Shown here in pieces: positions 1-9,552 of a stretch of 45,612 bases of DNA; the first letter of the stretch is position 1, and the number at the start of each line of letters is the position of its first letter. A program made the translations under genes and the position numbers. The stretch spans positions 1-45,612 of the forward strand of contig JANQHR010000007.1 in the NCBI GenBank assembly GCA_028282585.1, given 5' to 3'. This DNA is from Bacteroidales bacterium (lineage in GTDB: Bacteria > Bacteroidota > Bacteroidia > Bacteroidales > UBA12077). The notes beneath the pieces were generated by a model. The model saw only the letters and a list, made by a program, of their open reading frames with translations, made no database searches and was not told where the DNA came from.

Positions 1-1
1 C

Positions 2-3000
2 TGGACAGCAGGAGCCGGAGGAGTAATTGATAATGTAACCGGAACCTATGGTGAAATAGCCATTGTATCAGCGGCAGCTGATTATACTGTAGTGGCTACC
101 AACCCAGTAAATGGTTGCTCTTCAGTAGGGCAAACTGAAAATGTAACGACTGATCTAACACAGCCGACAATTAATTTTGCTGCATATGGACAAGTAACCT
201 GTACGGATAGTGTAGATCTGGATGCTTCAGGATCGTTATTTGCAACAAACTATTCGTGGGTAGCCTCTCTAGGTGGAGTGATAGCTGAAAATGAGAATAC
301 AGCTACGCCAACAGTAAGTGCAGCCGGAAGATATACGGTTACAGCAGAACACATTACTACGGGTTGTCTGGCAAGCGATTTTGTTGATGTTACAGAAGAT
401 AGTTCTGTTCCTGCAATAGATGTTTTTGATATTAATCCGGGAGATATATTGTGTAGTAATTTAACAGTTACTTTATCCGGAGATGCAACCGGAGTTGCAA
501 ATAAAACCATTCAATGGACAACAACTGACGGTAACTTTACCACGTTGACTGATATTCCTAATCCAACAGTTAATCAGGGTGGTACTTATACAGTTACAAT
601 TACTGATAATGATAATGGTTGTGAAGCTGTGCGAGGTGTTACAATTGATGAGAGCACAACACTACCTACGATCACTTTTAATGTACCTCTTGATTTCACA
701 TGTTCAAGAACACAGGTTAATTTAGAAGCAACAGGAACTTCTGCTGATCTTTCCCCGGTATCATATTTATGGACACCTGGTGCTGGAGGTAGCATAGTTT
801 CAGGACCAACAACTGCTACTGCAATAGTTGATGCAATGGCAACTTATACGGTTGAGGTAACCGATTTAGGAAATGGTTGTGTTAATACTGATAATATAAC
901 GACAACAGAGGACAGAACAGCTCCAGATGTATTTGTTGATACAAATCCTGATCTTATTACCTGTGATAATCCGGAAGTTATCCTAACTGGTTCTACCAAT
1001 GTTTCTAACCCGGAATACCAATGGACAACAACAGGTGCTGGAATAATTACTAACGATGATACACCAACTCCGACAGTTGATGCTATCGGAACGTATAACT
1101 TAACAGTTATAGATCTTGATAATGGTTGTGATGCGACTTCGGTTAATGTTATTGTAGCTGAAGATATTGCTCCTCCGATTGCAGTTGCTGCTGCACCTTC
1201 CGGAGACATAACTTGTTCAGTATCGGAAGTAACCATTAGTATTACTCAAAATGCTGATTATAGTTATGCGTGGTCTGGCCCTGGTAATATTACTACTCCG
1301 AACTCATATTCTACAAATGTAGATGCCGGGGGCACTTATCAAGTAATTTTTGAGGATATCACAAATGGTTGTAATGATTCTTTGGAAGTAGTTGTTACGG
1401 AAGACATTAATTTGCCGGCGAGCCCAACCATAGATGATATTGAAACGTGTTTTGGTACAGCTAATCCTGGCTTTAATGTAATTGCAGGTACAAATGTGAG
1501 ATGGTATGGCGATTTAGGGAAAAATATATTTCTCGGAAGCGGGAACTCTTATACACCAACTGAAACCACTGTTGGCACTCATACCTACTATGCAACTTCA
1601 ACAGGTGCAATAAATGGATGCGAAAGCTTAGTAGAGGAAATTATTTTTACTATACATGCATTGCCTGCTGCACCTTCCACAGTAGATAATGCTATATGTG
1701 AAGGAGATGCAAATGCTGAGTTAACAGCAATTGGTACTAACATTAACTGGTACGATAATACAAGTGCATTGCTTGCTGCAGGCAGTACTTATATACCAGG
1801 AAATGTTTTAGATGGAACTTATACATATTATGCGACACAAACAGACGCAAATGGATGCGAAAGTATTCAGGAACCGGCAACATACGTGATCCATCCTGTT
1901 CCTGGTGCTCCTATATTTACAGATGCATCGATTGAAGTTTGTGAAACAGAAACCAATCCGAATTTCACAGTAGTCGGAAACAATATTAACTGGTATAAAA
2001 CTATTGGAGGGGCTGTATTATCTACAGGAAATACTCATCAACCAGACGAAGTTCTTCCTGGTAACTATTTATATTATGCAACTCAAACCGAAAACGGATG
2101 CGAAAGTGCTGAAGCAGCTGGTGATATTACTATTAATCCAATGCCTGTCGAATATAATGTTACGGGTGGAGGTTCATACTGTGAAGGTGCTTTAGGTGTT
2201 GCTGTTGGATTAGCTAATTCTGAAGCTGATGTTAATTATGAACTATGGTTAGATGATGTGACATTAATAAATGATATGCCTGGTACAGGTGCAGCGCTTG
2301 ATTTTGGCCTTCAACTGGCAGCTGGAGATTATACGATTTATGGTTATAAGACAGCAACATCATGTCGAATAAAGATGAATGGTGGAGTTACCATTTCAAT
2401 TAATCCATTACCTGGAGATGCCGGTAGTATTGCCGGGCCAAGTGAAGTTTGCCAAACGGAAAGTGGAGTTGTGTTTACTGTACCTCCTATAGCAAATGCA
2501 ACAGATTATGTATGGACATTACCTTCAGGATTTACTATAGTATCAGGAGCAAACTCAAATTCAATAACGGTTGATATTAGCACTACAGCTAATGATAGTA
2601 TTATTAATGTATATGGGGATAATGCATGTGGTCCTGGTAATGTTTCCGTTGATTTTCTGGTAACTGTAAATCCTATCCCGGGGACAGCAATGATTATTAC
2701 CGGTCCAGCCACTATTTGTAATGATGATGACGGTGTTGTTTATACGGTAAATCAGGATTTAAATGCAACGCAATATAATTGGACTTTACCACAAGGTGCA
2801 ACTGTTGTTGCCGGGGCTAATTCAAGACAAATCACCTTAGATTTTGATAATACGGCAGTTACCGACGATATTGTTGTAGCAGCGGCAAATGCATGTGGAG
2901 AAGGGCCATCAGCAACATTATCCATAACAGTTAATGAAATACCTTATGTATTTGCTGGTGATCAGCAAGATTTGTGTGATGATAATACAATACTTGAAGG

Positions 3001-6000
3001 AAATGTTCCTGCAGCCGGTATTGGAACCTGGAGCGTATTTAGTGGTGCAGCGTCAGTAACAAATGTTAATGATCCTACATCTACTGTAACCGCAATTGGC
3101 GAAGGTTCTAGTGAACTTGTTTGGAGCGTAACTGCTAATGGATGTACAATGACTGATACGGTTACAATAAGTAATAATACAGTTTATGTGCAAGCAGGTG
3201 ACAATAAAACTATTTGTGATGAATCTTTAATCCTGGAGGGTAATACAGTTCCTTTTGGAGCTACCGGAAGCTGGTCTCCGATGGTTGGTACTGCTACTTT
3301 CACAAGTGGTACTAGCCCAAATACTTCAGCTACCAATTTTGGTACCGGAATTAATATATTAAAATGGGCTATAACTAAGAACGGATGTACAAGTTATGAT
3401 TCTGTTATTATTAATAATCAAAGGCCTTCTGTGGCTTACGCAGGTATAGATGTGGAAGTTTGTGGAGATACTGTTCAGCTTAATGCCGATGATCCTGGTA
3501 CAGGAACTGGTTTATGGACAGTGGTTTCAGGAGCTGCTAATTTCGACGATATTAATGGATTCAATACAATTGCCAGGGGACTAAATAAAGGCGATAATGA
3601 ATTAAGGTGGACAGTTACCAATGGAATTTGCAGTTTATCAGATGAAGTTATTATCACAAACAACAAGGTTGATATTAATGCTGGAGTTGATCAGTTATTG
3701 TGTGATAGAACCACTTATCTGGATGCAGAAGCTGCAACCATTGGTGTTGGTTATTGGTCTGTATTAGATGGATCATCAGGAATATTAGAAGATCCTAGCG
3801 ATCCTAAAACGAGAGTTACAGGCCTGGATCCTGATGATAACGGTATGGCATGGAAAATAAATAATAATGGTTGTATAACTACAGATACAGTAGTAATTAC
3901 GAATGATTCGCCAACAAACGCTGATGCAGGACCTGATCAAACGATATCTGCAACTACGACTATTTTAGCGGCAAATACACCAACTGAAGGAACGGGTCAG
4001 TGGACATTAATTAGTGGTTCTGCAGATATTGATGATGTCAATTCGCCTAACTCGAATGTAACTGCAATTGGTCCGGGAGAAAACTATTTCCGTTGGACCG
4101 TTACTAAAAATTCATGCACTTCTTTTGATGATGTTATTGTCACAAACTTCATGTCTATTACAACAGATGCAGGAGATGACCAAACAATTTGTTCTGATGA
4201 AACAACCTTGGATGGAAATGAACCTGTATTTGGATTCGGAGAATGGTCGGTAATTCAAGGTACAGCCCTATTTGATGACATTAGTAATCCGAAAACAGAT
4301 GTAATAGGATTAGCAAGTGGTGATAATATATTACAATGGGGTGTATGGGAAAATGGTTGGACATACGATGAAGTAATTATTACAAATGATGCACCAACTG
4401 TTGCCAATGCCGGAAGTAATCAAACATTGTGTGATGATAGCACTAGTCTTGCTGCAAATGATCCTATAGTTGGTAAAGGAGTGTGGACAATCTTAAGTGG
4501 ATCTGCAGTATTTGAGGACGATTCTTCTTACAACACAATAGTTACTGATCTTGCAAAAGGTGAAAATATTTTCAAATGGACAATTACCAATAAATCATGT
4601 TCATCAAGTGATGAGGTTTCTATAATAAATAACTTACCAACTGATGCTTATGCCGGAAGTGATCAAACTATATGTGAGGATTCTGCAACCTTAAATCCTA
4701 ATACCCCAAGTGTTGGTATAGGCGAATGGAGTGTTATTGCCGGTGCTGGTAATTTTAGTGGTAATCAAGTTAACAACCTTGCTGCAGATACGAATATTTT
4801 AAGATGGACTATTTCAACTACAGGTTGTGCAGTTTATGATGATGTTATAATTGTAAATAACCAACCTTCGAATGCAAATGCAGGAGGAGATAAGATACTA
4901 TGCGGTGATTCAATTGATTTGGCTGCAAGTTTGCCACAGGAAGGTAACGCGATTTGGACAATTCAAAATGGATCTGCGATTATTGATGATAATCTGTCGC
5001 CAACTACGAAAGTAACAGATTTGGGAATTGGAATAAATGTATTTCGATGGACAGTTACCAAAAACGGATGCGTCCAATATGATGAAGTAACAGTTAAGAA
5101 TTCGTTTATCGAAGCAGTTGTTGGTGATGATCAGGTTTTATGTGACGAAACAACTGTTCTTGAAGCAAATAATCCACTGGAAGGAACAGGAACCTGGTCT
5201 ATATTGGGTGGTTCAGGATCGGCAAGTTTTGATGATTTAAACGAACCTGATACCAGGGTTACTAATTTGGATAAAGGTGTAAATACCTTGCGTTGGACAA
5301 TTGAAAATGACATTTGTATATCGTTTGACGATGTGGTTATTACGAATAATTTACCTACGGAGGCATTTGCGGGTGCAGATAGAGCATTGTGTAGTGATAA
5401 TACTACATTAGCAGGAAACACACCTATAACCGGAATTGGAGAATGGTCCATATTAAGTGGATCGGCGAATATCATTAGCCCGGATAATCCTACAAGTAAT
5501 GTTACAAACCTTGATTATGGAGTAAACACCTTGAGATGGACAATTACAAATAATGGTTGTACATCTACTGATGAGGTGGTAATAGCTAATAATTCTACTA
5601 TAGCGAGTGATGCCGGAATTGATCAGGCAATATGTGTTGATTCAACAGTGTTATATGGAAACGAGCCTCCGTTTGGCACAGGACAGTGGTCAGTAGTCAG
5701 TGGTTCTGCTTTATTTGAGGACAACAATAAGTTTAACAGCAAGATAAATAATATTGGTAATGGGCAAAATATCTTAAGGTGGGTTATATCGAACGGAGGT
5801 TGCTCTTCTACCGATGACGTGATCGTAACTAATAATTCACCTACTAAAGCTATAGCCGGTGATGATCAGGTAATTTGTGGTACTACAACCAATTTATTGG
5901 CAAATGTTCCTACATATGGAACAGGAGCATGGAGTTTGGTTAGTGGAGCAGCAACGTTTACACCAAGCAACTCTAACAGTACTGTAGCTTCGGATATTAA

Positions 6001-7363
6001 TCCCGGAGATAATACGTTAAGATGGACCATAACGAACAATGGATGTGAGTCATCTGACGATTTGGTAATTACAAATGCACTACCATTCGAGGCTAATGCA
6101 GGAGTTGATATTGATGTTTGCGGAACTGTTGCAGGATTGTATGCAAATGATCCTGGCCAAGGAGTAGGTCAGTGGACAATACTAAGCGGTACCGGTACCT
6201 TTGAAAATTCAGCTTTGTCAAATACTGATATTACGAACCTTGGTTTTGGTGTAAATACTTTACGATGGACGATAACATATGAACATTGTACTACTAGTGA
6301 TGAAATAATAGTAACTAACAACCAGTTAGATGTTAATGCAGGTTCCGATGAAATTGTTGATAAATCCTCAACATTACTTGCAGCAAGTAATCCGTCAACA
6401 GGATCAGGATATTGGTCTGTCGTAGGGGGTTCTGGTAGTTTTACTAATCCCGGAAATCCTATAACTGAAGTTACAAATTTAGGTTCCGGCTTAAATACAT
6501 TCCGATGGTCAGTAACTATTAATGGTTGTTTAAGTTATGATGATGTCTATGTAACATATAATGTTCCTCCTGATGCTAGTTTAGTAATTACAGCATCAGA
6601 AGGTTGCCCACCTCTGGAAGTTAATTTTGTAAATAATTCCTTAGACGGTTTACCCTTTATCTGGAACTTTGATGATGGCAATACATCAGATAAAATAAGT
6701 CTTAAACATGTTTACAACGAATCAGGTGTTTATAATCCTAGTTTAACAATATATGGAGTTAATGGAGAGGTAGTAACCGTAGATACTACAATTACAGTTT
6801 ATCCTCAACCTCAAGCATCGTTTGTTGTAGTTAATAAAGAGGTTTATATACCCGAGGAGGAAGCTTTATTTATTAATGAATCTTCTGATGCAACTACTTA
6901 TTTATGGGATTTTGGAGATGGTAACACATCTACTGAACCCGATCCAAGACATATTTATGAAAACGCAGGATTATATGACGTGGAACTACAAGTTTGGTCG
7001 GAATATGATTGTTACGATAGAATAACAGTACAAGAGGCATTAGAAGTGATTGAGAGTGGTCAGGTAATATTTCCTAATGCTTTTACACCTAACCTGGATG
7101 GTTCTTCAGGCGGAGCTTATGATGCAAATGATTTTAGTAATGATGTATTTTATCCTATTGGAGAAGGACTTGAAAATTATCATTTGGAGGTATTTAATAG
7201 GTGGGGTGTATTAGTTTTTGAGAGTAAAGATATTAATGTTGGCTGGGATGGTTATTATGATGGTAAGTTACTTGATGAAGGTGTTTATGTTTGGAAAGTG
7301 ACCGGAAAATACAATAATGGAAAAGATTTTAAAAAGGTGGGAACAGTAATGTTGTTACATTAA
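2..7363 (+). CDS. Giant T9SS-secreted surface protein/adhesin (Ig-like and PKD repeats, gliding-motility-associated type-B C-terminal domain); 5'-partial
   Basis: The frame is open from base 2 (WTAGAGGVIDNVTGTYGEIAIVSAAADYTVVATNP...), so GTG at 92 is not the true start. It has about 28 Cys-containing beta-sandwich modules, two PKD domains (WNFDDG, WDFGDG) and a C-terminus FPNAFTPNLDG..ND.FYP..FNRWG..GWDG..GVYVW..GTVMLLH typical of type-B CTDs. A porP/sprF-like gene follows immediately. Confidence 0.93.
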   Translation, partial: WTAGAGGVIDNVTGTYGEIAIVSAAADYTVVATNPVNGCSSVGQTENVTTDLTQPTINFAAYGQVTCTDSVDLDASGSLFATNYSWVASLGGVIAENENTATPTVSAAGRYTVTAEHITTGCLASDFVDVTEDSSVPAIDVFDINPGDILCSNLTVTLSGDATGVANKTIQWTTTDGNFTTLTDIPNPTVNQGGTYTVTITDNDNGCEAVRGVTIDESTTLPTITFNVPLDFTCSRTQVNLEATGTSADLSPVSYLWTPGAGGSIVSGPTTATAIVDAMATYTVEVTDLGNGCVNTDNITTTEDRTAPDVFVDTNPDLITCDNPEVILTGSTNVSNPEYQWTTTGAGIITNDDTPTPTVDAIGTYNLTVIDLDNGCDATSVNVIVAEDIAPPIAVAAAPSGDITCSVSEVTISITQNADYSYAWSGPGNITTPNSYSTNVDAGGTYQVIFEDITNGCNDSLEVVVTEDINLPASPTIDDIETCFGTANPGFNVIAGTNVRWYGDLGKNIFLGSGNSYTPTETTVGTHTYYATSTGAINGCESLVEEIIFTIHALPAAPSTVDNAICEGDANAELTAIGTNINWYDNTSALLAAGSTYIPGNVLDGTYTYYATQTDANGCESIQEPATYVIHPVPGAPIFTDASIEVCETETNPNFTVVGNNINWYKTIGGAVLSTGNTHQPDEVLPGNYLYYATQTENGCESAEAAGDITINPMPVEYNVTGGGSYCEGALGVAVGLANSEADVNYELWLDDVTLINDMPGTGAALDFGLQLAAGDYTIYGYKTATSCRIKMNGGVTISINPLPGDAGSIAGPSEVCQTESGVVFTVPPIANATDYVWTLPSGFTIVSGANSNSITVDISTTANDSIINVYGDNACGPGNVSVDFLVTVNPIPGTAMIITGPATICNDDDGVVYTVNQDLNATQYNWTLPQGATVVAGANSRQITLDFDNTAVTDDIVVAAANACGEGPSATLSITVNEIPYVFAGDQQDLCDDNTILEGNVPAAGIGTWSVFSGAASVTNVNDPTSTVTAIGEGSSELVWSVTANGCTMTDTVTISNNTVYVQAGDNKTICDESLILEGNTVPFGATGSWSPMVGTATFTSGTSPNTSATNFGTGINILKWAITKNGCTSYDSVIINNQRPSVAYAGIDVEVCGDTVQLNADDPGTGTGLWTVVSGAANFDDINGFNTIARGLNKGDNELRWTVTNGICSLSDEVIITNNKVDINAGVDQLLCDRTTYLDAEAATIGVGYWSVLDGSSGILEDPSDPKTRVTGLDPDDNGMAWKINNNGCITTDTVVITNDSPTNADAGPDQTISATTTILAANTPTEGTGQWTLISGSADIDDVNSPNSNVTAIGPGENYFRWTVTKNSCTSFDDVIVTNFMSITTDAGDDQTICSDETTLDGNEPVFGFGEWSVIQGTALFDDISNPKTDVIGLASGDNILQWGVWENGWTYDEVIITNDAPTVANAGSNQTLCDDSTSLAANDPIVGKGVWTILSGSAVFEDDSSYNTIVTDLAKGENIFKWTITNKSCSSSDEVSIINNLPTDAYAGSDQTICEDSATLNPNTPSVGIGEWSVIAGAGNFSGNQVNNLAADTNILRWTISTTGCAVYDDVIIVNNQPSNANAGGDKILCGDSIDLAASLPQEGNAIWTIQNGSAIIDDNLSPTTKVTDLGIGINVFRWTVTKNGCVQYDEVTVKNSFIEAVVGDDQVLCDETTVLEANNPLEGTGTWSILGGSGSASFDDLNEPDTRVTNLDKGVNTLRWTIENDICISFDDVVITNNLPTEAFAGADRALCSDNTTLAGNTPITGIGEWSILSGSANIISPDNPTSNVTNLDYGVNTLRWTITNNGCTSTDEVVIANNSTIASDAGIDQAICVDSTVLYGNEPPFGTGQWSVVSGSALFEDNNKFNSKINNIGNGQNILRWVISNGGCSSTDDVIVTNNSPTKAIAGDDQVICGTTTNLLANVPTYGTGAWSLVSGAATFTPSNSNSTVASDINPGDNTLRWTITNNGCESSDDLVITNALPFEANAGVDIDVCGTVAGLYANDPGQGVGQWTILSGTGTFENSALSNTDITNLGFGVNTLRWTITYEHCTTSDEIIVTNNQLDVNAGSDEIVDKSSTLLAASNPSTGSGYWSVVGGSGSFTNPGNPITEVTNLGSGLNTFRWSVTINGCLSYDDVYVTYNVPPDASLVITASEGCPPLEVNFVNNSLDGLPFIWNFDDGNTSDKISLKHVYNESGVYNPSLTIYGVNGEVVTVDTTITVYPQPQASFVVVNKEVYIPEEEALFINESSDATTYLWDFGDGNTSTEPDPRHIYENAGLYDVELQVWSEYDCYDRITVQEALEVIESGQVIFPNAFTPNLDGSSGGAYDANDFSNDVFYPIGEGLENYHLEVFNRWGVLVFESKDINVGWDGYYDGKLLDEGVYVWKVTGKYNNGKDFKKVGTVMLLH
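2942..6562 (+). repeat. 15 tandem ~76-82 aa repeats within the giant protein
   Basis: Counted by eye in the translation. Consensus AGxDQxxCxxxTxLxxNxPxxGxGxWSxxSGxAxFxDxxxPxTxVxxLxxGxNxLRWTIxNxxCxSxDxVxIxNN. Repeats are diverged at the DNA level. Confidence 0.9.
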
Positions 7364-7382
7364 TTTTAGGAGGGAATAAAAT

Positions 7383-8369
7383 ATGAAGTTAATAGTTAAA
7401 TACATTTTTGTTTTTCTGGGAGTGTTTCTGGCAGTTCAATTAAAAGCACAAGATCCCCAGTTTTCCCAGTTTTATTCGTCTCCATTATATTTAAGCCCAT
7501 CTTTGGCTGGAGCTACTGAGCAAACTCGTTTAATAGCAAACTACAGAAACCAGTGGGCTAATTTGCCAAATGCATATATTACATATGCTTTTTCGTTTGA
7601 TCATTATGTTAGCGATTATAAAAGTGGAGTAGGTTTGCTGGTATTAAGAGATCAAGAAGGTGGAGTTTATAATACTACAACTGCAGGAGTTGCATATTCT
7701 TATGCTATAGATGTAAATAATAACATAAAAGTCAGACCGGGATTAACTGCATCATATTACAATCGTAGTATTAACTATTCTGAACTTGATTTTGCTGATG
7801 AACTTTCAAGGGGTGCTACATCATCTATTGAAATACCTAAAAATGAACAAGTTAATCATTACGATTTTGCGTTATCCGTATTAACTTATACGGATAAGTA
7901 TTGGTTGGGTGCAACAACGGATCATTTACTGGCACTTAATAAACAATTTGCAGAAGATGATACGTACCCTTCACTTAAGATTTCAGCTTATGGTGGTGTA
8001 AAGTTTCAATTGTTTGAAACTGTGAGATCCAAGATTGATAGATTTGTTTCATTGTCCTTTTTTTATAAAAATCAGGCAGGGTTTAATCAGTTAGACCTCG
8101 GAGTTAACTATGAGAAAGATCCTTTTAGAATAGGACTTTGGTTTAGAGGAATTCCTGCATTTGAGGAAGATGCGGATTTAAATGCAGTTGTATTACTTGT
8201 TGGTTACAGCTTTAATGATATTTTAATTAATTATAGTTACGATATATCTACTTCGCGGTTACTAGCATCAACTGGTGGAGCACATGAAATATCAATAGCA
8301 TATAAATTTGGTTCAGATCGAGGTGGAAGAAGACGAAAAATGGGAGCTGTTCCTTGTCCATCTTTTTAA
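7383..8369 (+). CDS. PorP/SprF family type IX secretion system outer-membrane protein
   Basis: Signal peptide followed by AQDPQFSQFY..PLYLSPSLAG, NYRNQW, C-terminal YSYD...GAHEISIAY and terminal PCPSF. Lies 19 bp after a type-B CTD gene, the canonical arrangement. Confidence 0.93.
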   Translation: MKLIVKYIFVFLGVFLAVQLKAQDPQFSQFYSSPLYLSPSLAGATEQTRLIANYRNQWANLPNAYITYAFSFDHYVSDYKSGVGLLVLRDQEGGVYNTTTAGVAYSYAIDVNNNIKVRPGLTASYYNRSINYSELDFADELSRGATSSIEIPKNEQVNHYDFALSVLTYTDKYWLGATTDHLLALNKQFAEDDTYPSLKISAYGGVKFQLFETVRSKIDRFVSLSFFYKNQAGFNQLDLGVNYEKDPFRIGLWFRGIPAFEEDADLNAVVLLVGYSFNDILINYSYDISTSRLLASTGGAHEISIAYKFGSDRGGRRRKMGAVPCPSF

Positions 8370-8666
8370 AGATGAACGATCAGTTATTCTTTGGTAATCA
8401 GAAGTAAGACTATTTTTTTACGGATCATGATAAGAAATTCCGCGCTAAGTGGGAAAAAAGCACAAAATATACAAAATAAAGCTTTGTACTTTTTGCGGTT
8501 TTCATTTTGCGAACTTTGCATAGAACGTGGAATTTTTTGTAAGGTCAATTGTTACTAGAATATATAAAAGACCCGAAAAAGAATAATAAATAATCTGTTA
8601 GGAATTATTTAAAGAAGGTGGAAAACCGAAAAAGGAAATCGAAGATGATTTTTCTTTTTGATTGAA

Positions 8667-8850
8667 TTATTCATTTAAATGCCTATCAATGATTTTAAGT
8701 AACTTATCACCTCCAAATAGGTTTAGCAATAAAATCATTTGCTCCTACTTCAAAGCTTAAGTTTCTATCTTCGGGCATAGCGTAAGCAGATTGGACAATA
8801 ATAGGAGTTTGTTGATTTTCTTTACATATTTCTCGAATCGCTTCTAATTT
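8667..8850 (-). pseudogene. Remnant of the C-terminal half of a response-regulator receiver domain (frameshifted)
   Basis: The minus strand reads KLEAIREICKENQQTPIIVQSAYAMPEDRNLSFEVGANDFIAKPI. Skipping one base at ~8715 continues GGDKLLKIIDRHLNE-stop (stop at 8667-8669), a normal REC alpha5 helix. The N-terminal half with the acidic pocket and phosphoacceptor Asp is not recognisable. Confidence 0.75.
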
Positions 8851-8968
8851 ATATTGTTGGCCTTTTGAAAATGCTAATATTGATAATAGGTTTAAGACCA
8901 ATAAAAGCCGCATTCGTTTTCGAAATTTACTGGGTGTTTGATGCATTTTTATTTTTTTGAGCGTAGTC

Positions 8969-9358
8969 TTAGTCACTCATTAAAAATGTTGTTAAAACTT
9001 CCAATAATTTGTTTGCTTTAATCGGTTTAGATAGATAAGAATTACAACCCGCTTCCAAGCTTAATCTTTCATCATTTTCCATTGCAAATGCCGTTTGCGC
9101 TATGATTGGAATTTCTGGATAAATCTTTTTTATCTTTCGCGTTGCTTCCAATCCATCCATATTTGGCATCTTAATATCCATTAAAATTAAATCGGGGATA
9201 TGTTGTTTACACAATTCAATTGCTTCTAAACCATCCTTAGCCCATACAACATTTGCCTTGGTTTTATTAAGCACCATCTCCAAATACCTATAATTACTGT
9301 CTTCATCTTCAGCAATTAATATTGTTTTATTATTCCAGTTTAGTGTATTTGAAATCAT
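8969..9358 (-). CDS. Single-domain (CheY-like) response regulator receiver
   Basis: ILIAEDE acidic pocket, [10 protein letters not shown] phosphoacceptor, AQTA switch residue and SKP lysine; no output domain. Confidence 0.93.
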   Translation of the reverse strand: MISNTLNWNNKTILIAEDEDSNYRYLEMVLNKTKANVVWAKDGLEAIELCKQHIPDLILMDIKMPNMDGLEATRKIKKIYPEIPIIAQTAFAMENDERLSLEAGCNSYLSKPIKANKLLEVLTTFLMSD

Positions 9359-9552
9359 ATATTGTTAGTGTAAGAATAACATAATTCGTTTGTAGCTAAT
9401 TTACTAAATGGTAACGTAAAAAAAAAGACAGAGCACTTATCTTTTTCAGAATCAGTTAAGATTCTTCTTTTTATAAATTAATAGAATTTTTTAAGTTAAT
9501 ACTAGTTAAAATAAATCGATATATAAAAGATTTTGCAATTTGAATTAAGTTC

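Noticed and set aside
92-94. GTG start of the giant ORF as given in the ORF track
   Set aside because: The frame is open to the window edge, the upstream codons continue the repeat pattern, and there is no signal peptide at 92.
250-5475. Short ORFs within the giant adhesin gene (250..510, 586..795, 844..1236, 2004..2195, 2506..2712, 3475..3666, 4068..4253, 5131..5475)
   Set aside because: Antisense or alternate-frame shadows of a long, clearly coding gene; no recognisable motifs.
8370-8666. Integron attC site or CRISPR repeat in the intergenic palindromes
   Set aside because: No correctly placed RYYYAAC/GTTRRRY boxes, no regularly spaced repeats, and no integrase or cas gene.
9418-9426. A9 homopolymer upstream of the stand-alone receiver as a phase-variation tract
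   Set aside because: Runs of 8-9 A/T are expected in such AT-rich DNA; there is no evidence of length variation.
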